From Squalus acanthias (Eukaryota), in contig CM059444.1 of the NCBI GenBank assembly GCA_030390025.1, forward strand, positions 46,748,001 to 46,812,000: DNA of 64,000 bases, in the 5' to 3' direction. Shown here piece after piece: positions 10,340 to 23,885 of the stretch (positions are counted from its first letter, which is position 1; each line of letters starts with the position of its first letter). Both the position numbers and the translations under genes were made by a program. Below the pieces are notes generated by a model. The model had not been told where the DNA came from and did not search any database. It was given only the letters and a program-made list of their open reading frames with translations.

Positions 10340-10900
10340 GCCCATTTCCCCTGTTCCTCACACAGAATAAGAAGCATACCCCACCCACTGAAACCATTAT
10401 ATTTTGGCCCAGTCCCTGAGAAACAAAAGGAAGGGGTCAATATCATATTTAAAGCAGCCTCACCAAGGAAATGATGGGATGACAGAGTGAGAGTTTGATG
10501 TGTGGTGAACGCCTACATTTGAAGAATGGAGACAACTTTACAAGACAGGTAATCTTTCCTTCTTCAGTTGTCATCCTTCACAAACCAGCACTGACCTAGT
10601 TGTGGAATCAGGACAAGCAAATCCACTGCAAAGAACAGACAGTCTGACTGCTAGGAGAGACTGCCAAAACAGATAACATGGTAATAATACAACTTTGCAA
10701 AGTTGTGCAAATTACTCCAATTCAAAGCTATTTCAATGGAAACACGTTTTAAATTAGCCCATGAGGTAGCCAAGTGGTCTACCCTTGACTGAGCCCAAAG
10801 GTTTCCTGCCAGCTAGGCGTTATCCACATGAAATGCATACCACCATCCCATTTCACAAACTTTATTTTATATAAAGATGGATTTAACAAGTGCCTTTGAG
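10340..10900 (-). mobile_element. Probable DIRS retrotransposon remnant (tyrosine recombinase C-terminus)
   Basis: About 10675-10785 on the minus strand translates ATSWANLKRVSIEIALNWSNLHNFAKLY, resembling the DIRS recombinase end ATSWA...WSS.HTF..FY. Confidence 0.45.
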
Positions 10901-13026
10901 CTGTAATCTTCAGAGTTGCCAGGATTTACAAATGAAATCCACTGCAGTATAAATATGGCATTAATTTACTTTTCTCGCCCACTCTTATTTACTGTCTCTA
11001 CTTTCCCGTCTTTTCATCTACATTCGTTTTTCTCTCATTATAACCGGTTACATTTTTGGTCCTTTTCGACCCTTCTTACTCTAGATTTTTCAGCCTCCAT
11101 ATTTTAAAGTATTCTCATACATATGTCCCAATTCCCTGTGCCCTGCAGAGCACCTTCACTGGCCATTATACCTAGCCAAGCTTTCAGTAACGAACTTTAA
11201 TAAATTCGAAAGACACAAGTTGCAGTACAAAAGGTTACACAGCAGTGAGGTCTAAAGTTACATGGGTAGGGACATAAGTACCCCTTATTAAATTCTATTT
11301 TAGGAACTGGATGGAAAAACTTTTAAGTGGGAGAGCCTGAAGCAAGTTGGTCTGTACTGGTTGAGCAGACAACAGTCTCCATTAGCAGCAAGGAAGCTAT
11401 GTTCAGGGTAACAGTGCATGTTTTCCCTCATTCTTTCTCAGGGATCACATGATACCAGTTGATACATAGGTTGCAGACAAAATTGGTGATTACTCCTCAG
11501 TAGTGCAACTGCTGTATTAGGAGGCCAACTAATTCCAACTGAAAACAAAGCAGTGCCCCACCCCCCACCAATGGTTTATACCCTTTAATACTGGCTTGAT
11601 TAACACATCATACCACTTACAGCCAAGCACAATCCCAGATTCTGGAGCTAATATCAACATCAATATCGGGAAGAGAAGTACTGAAAAAGAGCATATCTTC
11701 AGGATAGTTTTTTTTTTAATTTTCCAAGAAAGCGAGCCCCCACAAACTGGAGTCCATCGAACCGGTTATGGGCCATGAACCCCAAATAAATTTTTCACAA
11801 TCTAAAATGACAATTTGGCAAAAAGAAAATAAGGCCTGCCTGGACCATTCCGTACAATGTTTGAAACAGTTATACATGAAATTAGTGTTACTCAACAACA
11901 CTGGCCTGTGTCAGTCATTACTTCACACCAAAAGAAAAAAAATACTAAACACTCATCACTATTGTCAAAAGGTCCATTAGACTAGCACAGGCATCAAATA
12001 AATTAAAATAGGTTAAAAAAGCATTTTAAAGCTAAACAACACTCTGCGTAGTTGAAACATTGAGGGGACAGTTCTGCCATTCATGAACAAGAGCGGCAAC
12101 ATGGGAGATGTACTGATGTCAACATCATAATCTAGTAAAAGGGATATTGTCCATTTGCATTTTCTGAATATTCACTTTTTACATTAAAATGACACTTAAA
12201 AAAGGTAACCCATGGACTTTGGGGGCATATTTTCAAACAAACAGGTCTAACAGTTTTATTGGCAATTAATTACGAATGCTACATTTAAAATACATTTTGA
12301 AATAATTGCATAAGCCATTGTGATCCACACACCTCCATAAACATACCTTCATCCTACAACTCTTCCTTTCTGCTAACACACATGCAGCTCATACATATAC
12401 ACTGGGCATTCACTAAAGACACTGTAACCTATGTAATTTGCTTCGAGCACCTTGTGCTACATCCCAATACATGGCCTTCGACTTTCTCTCGTATACCCTA
12501 TGTACCTTTTTCAAGCAATCTTTTCCTCCTGACTGCAGAATTTTCCAAATGTCCACAGGACAAAGAAATAGTCTTGCTGTCAGTACTGTATTCACTTTCA
12601 GCCTGTAGGCGCAGCTAGTGTTCAAGATCATTAATTTCAATTACTTTTTTTAAGGTGACGCTTTAAAATTTGTATGGATCATTGCAAAGCCCTTCCTGTT
12701 AGATGATCATAAAAGGTACTTTTCATGGACAAGACTGCACAACCTACAAATTAGGAGCTGTGCCCTGGAAGTAATTAAAGTAGAAGAATTTGTGGAACTA
12801 AACAGAGATCTAATGTTGCAGTCCACAAAACAGTTATTTAAACCCATTTTCAGCTCCTAACCCCTGATACTAATTTAAAAAAAACAGGTAGCAGAAAGTT
12901 ACTTTAAGATGCCATCTACCTCAGGGTTCAGCCAACTATTATAAACCCACTTAAGGTATTCATTATTTCGAGTACATTTGCTTCCTAGCTATCTAAGATG
13001 CATAACAGAGAATGCTATCTACTAAC

Positions 13027-13142
13027 CTCGATAATGTTGAAGAAGCTTAGTCATACGAATATCCCAAACTTTTACTGTGTTGTCTGTTCCTGCTGCTGCA
13101 ATACATGTTCCATTGGGATGAAAATCTACATAATTAACAAAC
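13027..13142 (-). CDS. POC1A: POC1A coding exon 6 ([38 protein letters not shown])
   Basis: 116 nt, taaag|G...G|gttagt; WD40 repeat, in frame. Confidence 0.95.
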
Positions 13143-13575
13143 CTTTAGGGAGGGAAGAAAGTAAGTTTTAGTTTCTTTATTTTTCTCAACTTACTCAGAG
13201 GGAAAGCTACAGGTCTACAGCAAAAACTATTTTCATTTGTGTCTACATTGGGTAATATACAGTAACAATGTGGAACAACTGAGCCAAACTGTAAAAGTAT
13301 CATGGTAGCTGATGGGAACATACAAAGTTAGAGAGATTTAACTGTTTGGGAACTGGATAAAGCAATGTCTAGACATGATTGATGGGATGAATATTCCTCT
13401 TCTTAGTGTGTTCCAAATTAAATATATTTGAGCAGTCTCAATCAACAACTTGTCGCAGCAGTTCACAGAACAAACCTCAATACTGTATTTCAGCAATCAC
13501 TGGCAATTACACTCAAAGGCAACAAGGAAAGCTGCTGTACAAAATGAAAAACATTACAATGGTGCAGCAAATAGT

Positions 13576-14323
13576 GGGCCAGAATTTACTATAAAAATAA
13601 CGGTGAGGCTAACGGCGCTCGCCGTTACGTATGCACAAATCGGACAGAAACTTCAGGCGAGCGGAAATGCGCAGTTAAACACAAAATCCGGAAGTTGCTG
13701 TACGAGATGTTCCTCCGCAAGCTGCACGAAAACGTCATCTCACCGTCTGCCTCGCCATTCAAATGTATTCAACGGCGTGAAGTTGCTGTACTTGCATGGT
13801 AGATATGGACTAAACTCGCCACAGAAAGTTAAGGCTTGTCTATTTCAGTCTAAGTACCCTTTTTAACATGATCAGCGTGATAATTTTTAAATCCTGCCAA
13901 ACAACCTCTCTACCACTTAAAATGAACTTTTACAAATGTGGAGTCTCATAACTTCAGATTTTAATTGTAGCTGGAGATTTTGTTCTTTCTGTCTTTTTTT
14001 TCTCTCTCTCTCTTAATCCAATCTTTCCCTCTCTTTATTTTGCTTTCTGTACCTGATTTGACATTGAATTCACTATTCTAGCTTACACTTCCTGGTTCAG
14101 ACTTTGCAATGTTAATTTAACAATACTTCAATCTGATTGGTTAAGGAGACATACAGTTGCTTGTCCTGTTCAGATCACAGTTACCATGTAGAGGGCACCA
14201 CGCTGTTTCAATCTCCCATTTACAGCAACTTCTAGTGCAAAAGGTCATTGATATTAAATGGGCACGGGCAAGTCCAATGAACAGCAGTCGCCATTCATTT
14301 GCCAGCTACAGTAAATTTTGACC
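13576..14323. mobile_element. Harbinger-type MITE, family A
   Basis: Ends GGGCCAGAATTTACT / AGTAAATTTTGACC; homologous along its length to 18582-19335. Confidence 0.75.
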
Positions 14324-14409
14324 AATTGCTTTTCTAAGGTTGGGTCAAGCACATTATTACAACAGAGTAAAAGGAGCTGAACCTTGTACTGGGAAAAGTG
14401 ATCCATCCG

Positions 14410-16403
14410 TGACTAACTAAAGAAGTTAGGGATAGCATTATATTGAAAGAAGAAGCTTCTAATGTTGCGAAGAATAGTAATAAGCCTGAGGATTGGGAGT
14501 TTCAGAAACCAGCAAAGGATGACCAAAAATTGATAAAAAGGGAAAGAATAGAATGAGAGAAAACTAACAAGAAATATAAAAACAGATTGTAAGAGCTTCT
14601 ACAAGTATGTAAAAAGGAAGAGGAGCAAAAGTAAACGTTGGTCCCTTAGAGGCTGAGACAGGAGAAATTATTATGGGGAATAAGGAAATGGCAGAAACGT
14701 TAAACAAATGTTTTGTATCTGTCTTCACAGTAGAAGACACAAAAAGCGTACCAAAAATGGTGGGGAACCAAGGGTTGAATGAGGGTGAGGAACTTAACGT
14801 AATTAATATAAGTAGAGAAAAAGTACGAGAGAAACTAATGGGACTAAAAGCCGACAAATCCCCTGGACCCGACGGCCTACATCCTAGGGTTCTAAAAGAG
14901 GTGGCTGCAGAGATAGTGGATGCATTGGTTTTGATCTTCCAAAATTCCCGAGATTCTAGAATAGTCCCAGCGGATTGGGAGGTAGCAAATGTAACACCGC
15001 GTTTCAAGAAAGGAGGGAGAGAGAAAACAGGAAACTACAGGCCAGTTAGCCTGACATCAGTTGTCAGGAAAATGCTGGAATCCATTGTTAAGGAAGTGGT
15101 ATCAGGACACTTAGAAAATCATAACATGATTAGGCAGAGTCAACATGGTTTTATGAAAGGGAAATCGTGTTTGACAAATATATGGAGTTTTTTGAGGATG
15201 TAAATAGCAGGGTAGATAAAGGGGAACTAGTGAATGTAGTATATTTGGATTTCCAAAAGGCATTCGATAAAGTGCCACATAAAAGGTTATTACACAAGAT
15301 TAGGGCTCACGGGGTTGGGGGGTAATATAGTAGCATGGCTAGAGGATTGGTTAACGGACAGAAAACAGAGAGTAGGGATAAACGGGTCTTTTTCAGGTTG
15401 GCAGGCTGTAACTAGTGGGGTGCCGCAAGGATCAGTGCAGGGGCCTCAACTATTTACAATCTATATTAATGACCTAGATGAACGGACCAAGTGTAATGTA
15501 TCCAAGTTTGCTGACAATACAAAGCTAGGTGGGACAGTATCCTGTGAGGAGAACACAAAGAGTCCGCAAAGGGATATAGATAGACTAAGTGAGTGGGCAG
15601 TAAGGTGGCAGATGGAGTATAATGTAGGGAAGTGTGAGGTTATTCACTTTGGTAGGAAGAATAGAAAAGCAGAATATTTTTTTAAATGGTGAGAAACTTT
15701 TAAATGTTGGTGTTCAGAGAGTTTTCGGTGTCCTCGTGCAAGAAACACAGAAAGCTAGCATGCAGGTACAGCAAGCAATAAGGAAGGCAAATGGCATATC
15801 GGCCTTTATTGCAAGGGGGTTGGAGTATAAGAGTACAATTTTACAGGGCCTTGGTGAGACCACACCTGGAGTACTGTGCACAGTTTTGGTCTCCTTATCT
15901 AAGGAAGGATATACTTGCCTTGGAGGTGGTGCAACGAAGGTTCACTAGATTGATTCCTGGGATGAGAGGGCTGTCCTATGATGAGAGATTGTGTAGAATG
16001 GGCCTATACTCTCTGGAGTTTAGAAGAATGAGCGGTGATCTCATTGAAATATACAAGATTCTGAAGGGGATTGACAGGGTAGATGCTGAGAGGTTGTTCC
16101 CCATAGCTGGAGGGTCTAGAACTAGGGGGCATAGTCTCAGGATAAGGGGTAGGCCATTTAAGACCGGAGATGAGGAGGAATTTCTTCACTCAGAGGGTTG
16201 TGAATCTTTGGAATTCTCTGCCCCAGAGGGCTGTGGATGCTGAGTCTTTGAGTACATTCAAGGCTGCGATAGATAGATTTTTGGACTCTAGGGGAATCAA
16301 GGGATATGGAGTTGAGGTCGATGATCAGCCAGGATCGTATTGAATAGCGGAGCAGGCTCGAGGGACCGTATGGCCTACTCCTGCTCTTATTTCTTATGTT
16401 CTA
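14410..16403 (+). mobile_element. CR1 (HER1-like) LINE, 5'-truncated, frameshifted ORF2
   Basis: KSPGPDGLHPRVLKE, NYRPVSLTS, GVPQGS, FADN motifs; tail TTCTTATGTTCT. Confidence 0.92.
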
Positions 16404-17101
16404 ATTCACATTATAATTGATCAAGGTGTGTTTGGACAAAAAAAGTTCCATGTCCCAACCTTCACATCAAAACTTCCCAAGTATAAACTTAATGCATTAA
16501 AGAAACTCTATCGGGCACAATAGCAAGCCCAGGTTTCATGAAGAAAACCTCAGTCACTAAATTTAGTTTACTGGATATGTCACAAATCACTCTCTTCATC
16601 TGCTATATTTTGGAAAGTGGTAGTGTAAAGCTTAAGCTATAAACTAGACAGGTTCATTAATAAGATAAGCAGTAGCAAAGGCAAAACAGCAGATGACAGT
16701 AGTTTACCAAAAATATCTATCCTCCCCGAATAAAGAAAATAATAAACATTATCCCTTGCCCATTCCCCATGCAGCCAAAGGAAATCAAAAATGCATTTTG
16801 AAATTCAAATACCACTGTTGGCTAATAAAAGTCAGACCTAAATCCATTTATCATCTGATTGCAAATGTATTTAATCTTAAAGGACCATCTGCAGGTGACA
16901 AGGCAAACTGCAAGTGACAAGGCAAACTTCAGGTGGCATCAATCCAAATAGTTTTGTAATGAACCACTGTTAACACATATAATCTAACTAATGTCATGCC
17001 AACTAGTTTACCCCTAGCAATAAATACACTGATATAGTGAAATCCACAGCCCCAGTCTGGGTTACTTCTTTAAGCAAACCTGTTTTAACCCCAGAGTACA
17101 G

Positions 17102-18060
17102 TAACAACAACAACAACTTGTATTTATATAGCGCATTTAACGTAGTAAAACGTCTCGAAGGCACTGCACAGGAGTATTTTAAGACAAAATAATTTGACAC
17201 CGATCCACATAAGGATAAATTAGGGCAGGTGACCAAAAGCTTGGTCAAAGAGGTAGGTTTTAAGGAGTGTCTTAAAGGAGGAAAGAGAGGTAGCGAGGCG
17301 GAGAGGTATAGGCAGGGAATTCCAGAGCTTAGGGCCTAGGCAACAGAAGGCACGGCCACCAAAGGTTGAGCGATTTTAATCAGGGATGTTCAAGAGGGCA
17401 GAATTAGAGAGCGCAGATATCTCGGGGGGTCGTGGGGCTGAAGGAGATTACAGAGATAGGGAGGGGCGAGGCCATGGAGAGATTTGAAAACAAGGATGAG
17501 AATTTTTAAATCGAGGCGCTGCTTAACCAGGAGCCAATGTAGGTCAGCGAGCACAGGGGTGATGGGCGAACGGGACTTAGTGCGAGTTATGACACGGGCA
17601 GCCGAGTTTTGGATGACCTCAAGTTTACGTAGGGTAGAATGTGGGAGGCCAGCCAGGAGTGCGTTGGAATAGTCAAGTCTAGAGGTAACAAAGGCACGGA
17701 TGAGGGTTTCAACAGCAGGATGTGCTGAGGCAAGGGCGGAGACGGGCGATGTTACGGAGGTGGAAGTAGGCGGTCTTTGTTATGCTGCGGATATGTGGTC
17801 GGAAGCTCATTTCAGGGTCAAATATGACACCAAAGTTGCGAACAGTGTGGTTCAGCCTCAGACAGATGTTAGGGAGAGAGATGGAGTCAGTGGCTAGGGA
17901 ACGGAGTTTGTGGCGGGGACCGAAAACAATGGCTTCATTTTCCCCAATATTTAATTGGAGAAAATTTTTGCTCATCCAGAACTGTATGTCGGACAAGCAG
18001 ACTGACAATTTAGACACCGTGGAGGGGTCGAGAGATGATGTAGTGAGGTAGAGCTGGGTA
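17102..18060 (-). mobile_element. L2-clade LINE 3' fragment
   Basis: Peptides WMSKNFLQLNIG and AYFHLRNIARLR; (TTG)n tail after ATATAAATACAAG. Confidence 0.85.
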
Positions 18061-18349
18061 CCGCAGCCAAAAGATACGCTATGGAAATATGTCACAAGTT
18101 AGAATGTGCGGAAGGTACCTTTCTCCAGGTTCCTCCCATTCTTTCAGGGGAAGCTCCACATCCTGCACTGGCTCACAACAGCACAACTACAATCAGGAAT
18201 TTGCCATGCAGGAAAATCATGGATGCAAACCTACATCACACCACTCCACTGCACTTTGCGACAGTGCACGTAATACAAGGTAGCAATTATTCAACATTTA
18301 ATACACTAAATATTTATTATTTGCAAACATATGTCATTAAAAATCTCAC

Positions 18350-18457
18350 CCTCCATGTTCATAAAATGAATGTATACATTCTCTAGTAGCTTTATCCCAA
18401 ATTTTAATAGTTTTATCATCACTGGCAGAAACAATGAGCCGTCCATCTGGAGAAAAT
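18350..18457 (-). CDS. POC1A: POC1A coding exon 5 ([36 protein letters not shown])
   Basis: 108 nt, ttctag|A...GG|gtgag; WD40 repeat, in frame. Confidence 0.95.
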
Positions 18458-18581
18458 CTAGAATTTAAAAACAAAAAAGTTAAATTATAAAAAATGAGGA
18501 AGCAACCAATTCCCAACCTGTACTAAATCTGAATAGGGGTGCAGACTGAAAATACAAAAATAAACCTCCCTCAAACATATT

Positions 18582-19335
18582 GGCCCACATTTTGCGGTAA
18601 TAATAACGGTGAGGCCATCAGCGCTCACCGTTATTAAAGAGTAAATCAGACAGCAACTTCTGGCGACCACACACACGCAGTTAAACGTGGAAATCAGGAA
18701 GTTGCTTTTCAAGTTGCCCTGCTCCTTCAGAAGCTTCGCTATAACAGTATCGCGCCAAGAGACTCAGCATTCAAATACGTGGAAGGGCATGAAGATGTGG
18801 TACTTACCCACTATATACCCACTAAACTCGCCAGAAAAAGTTAGGGCTTGTCCATTCAACTGTAAGTGAATTTTTAACAGGGTGATAAGTTTTAATTACT
18901 GCCAAGCAACCTCTCGGCCGCTGAAAAGAAAAAAGTGTGGGGTCTCATTCCTTCAAATCTGTTGGAGAATTTATAAAATTTAAAAATGTATTTTTTTTTT
19001 ACTTTTTCCCTGTCTCTTTTATCTCTCTCTCTTAATCCCATTTTTCTTTCCCTCTCTTTATTTCACTTTCAGTGCATCATTTGACATTGAGTTAACTATT
19101 CCAACTTACACTTCCTAGTTTAGACTCTGCATGCCTCAGTAAGGATTCTTCAATCAGATTGGTTAAGGAGATACACAGTTGCTTGCCCTGTTCACACAGG
19201 TCCCACATCCCCTGTAGAGGGCACTGCACCATTTTGGATTTCTAATCACTGGAACTTCTCGTGCAAAAGTCCATAGAAAGGCTGTGGGCAAGTGTAAGAC
19301 GCCGTTCATTCGCCGCTGACTGCAAAATCCGGGCC
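18582..19335. mobile_element. Harbinger-type MITE, family A
   Basis: TIRs GGCCCACATTTTGCGGT / ACTGCAAAATCCGGGCC. Confidence 0.8.
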
Positions 19336-20362
19336 AATGTACACCTCAGATGTGCAAGCTTTTCTGTGATGTGAAAACTGTTGTACACAACCTCTGTGAT
19401 AGCTTTTATTTCCTCTGAATAAAAGGAAGTGTTTTACACTAACATGATAGACAAGATTTTTAACCGAAATGACACTGTATAAAAGGGCAGCATCTTGTAC
19501 GCAATTTTAAAGTATTTCAGTTACACTCTGTCCATATACATAGCCTACCGATTTAAACATACTATAAAAAGACCCATTTGTAGTGACCTATTCTAATCTG
19601 TTAATGGACCCAAATATCACTAACCAAAAAGGACAACCCAAAAAGGAGGGAAAATAAAATCTGCCAGTCATATGAAAAAAAGATCCTCCCACCCGATTTT
19701 TAACGTTATTATTTGCCTCCCACTTTCTAGATTTCATGAGGCTACTGGTCAAGTATGTGAATAAGCAATTTAGGCCCAGGACCAAGCCAATATTGCTCTA
19801 AATTGGCCACAAGAAAGTAGAAAGACCTGTTTTGGTATGGCGCATTCTACAAGCTTCCTCATTCCCTCATACTTCGACCACCTTCACTTCTATTTAATGG
19901 CTCCCCAGGGAGTCAACTGAGATCCAAACTCACCAAGTAAGGGATGGCACACAGAAATTCCAGTACAGCATTAAAAAATATTTTAAAATGAGCACAATAT
20001 AGCAAACATATTCTAACTTCCTGAAAAGGGAAGAGAAGAAATTTGCATCATGCAGAAAAACAGAAGAAACTAAGCAGGGAGGATAACTTTCCACATTATT
20101 AAATGTATATCAACATTGAGAGTATTACTGAAATGAAGTAAAACTCAGATCGCCCCACCCTCACCAGGAGCATTGGTACAGAGGACAGAATTTCTGTCAA
20201 AATGCTTTAAAATACAAGTTTCAATATATACTTTAAAATGTCTGTAGTCACACAAAAACTAACCTATACATCAAAAGATGTGCACCATATAGAGGAATAC
20301 CAACCTGACCATTTCCCACCTCCCCGCTATAACAGTATGATTACTACCATTTAAGTACTTAC

Positions 20363-20542
20363 TTGGCACAGCGAACCCAATTTATGTGCTGGCTCAGAGA
20401 AAAAAGAAACTTCTGCCGATGAACTGTCCAAACTTTGATGGTTTTGTCATCAGAAGCTGTAACCAATGATTGTCCATCACTAGAGAACTGAACACTTCGT
20501 ATGGTTCCTGTGTGAGCTTTTAACACTGTTGACTCACCCTTC
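20363..20542 (-). CDS. POC1A: POC1A coding exon 4 ([60 protein letters not shown])
   Basis: 180 nt, ttctag|G...AA|gtaagt; KGEST and [20 protein letters not shown] are POC1A-type; phases match exons 3 and 5. Confidence 0.96.
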
Positions 20543-21122
20543 CTAGAAAGAAATGGGAAAAAAATCCAGTGAGTCTATGAAAAGCAGTGTTATATACTAC
20601 ACAGATTACAGGTCCAATCACTGACTAAATTCATCTCTCCGAAGGGAACTTCTTTCCAACACCACCCCACCGCTCGACACCGCACCCCCGCCCCCCCCCC
20701 CCCCCCGCCCACTGTCATTTCCCAAGTTCCCAGTACTTTATAACTTCAAGAAAACAACTGCGTGCCATAATCAAGTAAAAGGCAGCCACTTAAACTAAGA
20801 GATGATATCATTTATAACTAATGGAAACACTCCAAGATAAAATTCAAAATCTTTTTAAGGTTCAGTATGCTTTATCAATAAAGAATACAGATAAGGCCTC
20901 ATCTTTAAGTAAACTGTTGCCAACCCCACATCCTTGGGGAGAAAAAAAGTGGTTGCCCTCCATAAACAATGAATAATGGTGGGGGGGAAAGAGAAAATGT
21001 GCTGAAAACCAAACACACCATCTTATAGTTTCCCAGCCTCAGAGATGATGCATAAATGCCTGCTATGATCAAGTAACCAGCCAAGAAATTCATGGCTACA
21101 TTTTTAAAAACATGCAACATGG

Positions 21123-21151
21123 GGAGAGGGAGAGAGAGAGAGAGAGAGAGA
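21123..21151. repeat. (GA)n microsatellite
   Basis: Direct reading. Confidence 0.85.
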
Positions 21152-23267
21152 GTGTGTGCGAAGGGGAGGTAGAGTGGAAGATAACTCCTTGAATTCAGAC
21201 ACAGAAATCAATATTTCAATCCAGAAACACACTTGCTAAGTTTATGTTGCCAGTTTCTAAAAATAATGGTTTATGGTTTAAATTTTAAAAGTGTTTCATA
21301 GAGGTTGCCATATTGAGGAATAATGAAATGCCTCTGGCCAGATCGTGAGAATGAGTCAGTCATAAGAGGAACTTTTCCACTTTGTTCAATAGTTCTTTTA
21401 ATATCCCTCTTGTCTATTAATCTTTGTTACATGCTGTAGACATGAGCAGTGAATCAGGACATGCTCACCAAACACCTTTGTGGAATTTTAATGAGTGTGT
21501 GATGCAATTGCAAAGTACTCTTTTAGAACATGAAATACTTCTATAGATTACAACCTACATACAATGATTCAATGTGAACATAAAAATGATATATTATCCA
21601 AGTAAAATTGCAAAATAAATCCTTTAACCCATTGGCTCAACTTTTAAACAAATTTAGTAGTCCAATATATATATGTGCTATTAATACACTTGGAGTTAGA
21701 TAAGAACATAAGAAATCAGAGCAGGATTAGGCCATTTGGCCCTTCGAGCCTGCTCCGCCATTCAATAAGATCATGGCTGATCTTCCACCTCATCTCCACT
21801 TTCCTGCACTATCCCCATATCGCTTGATTCCCTTAATATTCTAAAATCTCCTCATCTCAGTCCTAAATGGCTGACCCCTTATTCTGAGACTGTGACCCCT
21901 GGTTCGTGACACCCCAGCCAAGGGAAACATCCTCCCTGCATCTACCCTGTCAAGTCTTGTAAGAATTTTGTACATTTCAATGAGATCACCTCTCATTCTT
22001 CTAAACTCTAGAGAATATAGGCCTCGTCTGCTCAATCTCTCCTCATCCCAGGAACCAGTCTGGTGAACCTTCGTTGCACTCCCTCTATGGCAAGTATATC
22101 CTTCCTTAGGTAAGGAGACCAAAACTGTACACAATACTCCAGGTGTGGTCTCACCGGGGCTCTACATAATTGCAGTAAGACATCTTTACTCTTATACTCA
22201 AATCCTCTTGCAATAAAGCCAACATACCATTTGCTTTCCTAATTGCTTGCTCTACCTGCATGCTAACTTTCAGTGATTTGTGTACAAGTTCACCCAGGTC
22301 CCTATGAAGACCAACATTTCCCAATCTCTCACCATTTAAAAAATACTCTGCTTTTCTATTTTTCCTACCAAAGTGGATAACTTCACATTTCTCCACATTA
22401 GCCATATTCTTGCCCACTCACTTAGCCTGTCTATATCCCCTTGAAGCCTCCTTGCATCCTCCTCACAACTTACATTCCCACCCAGCTTTGTATCAGCAGC
22501 AAATTTGGATATATTACATTTGGTCCCCTCATCCAAATCATTGATGTAGATTGTGAATAGCTGAGGCCCAAGCACTGATCCTTGCAGTGCCCAACTAGTT
22601 ACAGGCTGCCAACCCGAAAATGACCCGTTTATTCCTACTCTCTGTTTTCTGTCCATTAACCAATCCTCAATCCATGCTAGTATATTACCCCCAATCCCAT
22701 GAGCCCTAATTTTGTTTAATAACCTCTTGTGTGGCACCTTATCGAATGCCTTCTGAAAATCCAAATACACCACATCCACTGGTTCCCTCTTCTCTATTCT
22801 GCTAGTTACAACCTCAAAAAACTCTAACAGATTTGTCAAACACGATTTCCCTTTCATAAAACTGTGTTGACTCTATTATTATTTTCCTAAGTGCCCTGTT
22901 ACCACATCCTTAATAATAGATTCTAGCATTTTCCCTACTACTGATGTCAGGCCAACTGGTCTGTAGTTCCCAGTTTTCTCTCTTCCCTCCTTTCTTTAAT
23001 AGTGGGGTTACATTTGCCACCTTCCGGGAACCGTTCTAGAATCTATGGAATTTTGGAAAAATGACAACCAATGCATCCACTATCTCTATAGCCAACTCTT
23101 TCAAAATCCGAGGATGCAGGCCATCAGGTCCAGGAGATTTATCAGCTTTCAGTCCCATTAATTTCTCCAGTACTATTTTTTTTTACTAATACTAATTCTT
23201 TCAGTTCCTCATTCTCCACTATTTCCAGGAAGATTTTTACCTCTTCTTCTGTGAGGGCAGACACAAA

Positions 23268-23885
23268 GGGCTGGATTTTCAATGACCCGTGGAGTCGGGT
23301 TTGGAGGCGTGTGGGGGGGGTTAAAGTTGCAGATTCGGGGGGCCCGACCCCATTCTGCCTCCACGCAATTTTGACAAAATCGGTCGCGGGGTTCCCGACT
23401 CCGTCCCGCCTCCAAGAGGCGGGAGAGGCCATTAAAGCCCTTAACAAGCCCTAAATTGGCTCTGTAATGCCATTTTGAAATGTTTTAGCTAGTTTAACCC
23501 TTTTCCGACGTGAAGTACGCCTGATGTGAAACACGCCAGTGAAACCTGGCGGGAGCACAAGTGGAGACTGCCTGGGAGGACTTGGTTGCAAAAAAAATTC
23601 TCATTCTCTCTCTCTGAGATGCTGCTCATTTTGCATCCAGGTCCTCTCACAGCAAAGGCCAGGCAGTCTCTGAGACCAGGCAGTCTCTGACCTGCAATGA
23701 TGACATCATCAGAGGCGACTTTCAGACTGAAACCACTAATTGGTTCATGGGTTCCCACATGCTGGAACTCAATTGCCCAATTAAGTGAAAATTGCATCAA
23801 TCTCCCACATCCAATTACAGGCGGGTGGATAACACGAAATGCAGATGACACGACCCCAACCCGCCCCAGTATCAAAATCTAGCCC
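23268..23885. mobile_element. Harbinger-type MITE, family B, nested in CR1
   Basis: 12-bp TIR GGGCTGGATTTT / AAAATCTAGCCC, 3-bp TSD AAA; removing it restores the CR1 sequence. Confidence 0.85.

Noticed and set aside
20532-20542. Recursive splice site at the start of exon 4 (AGG|GTGAGT)
   Set aside because: GT is 5 nt into the exon, not adjacent to the AG, and is explained by the KGES codons.
20683-20712. G-quadruplex upstream of exon 4
   Set aside because: Mostly a homopolymer run like several others in the window; no specific support.
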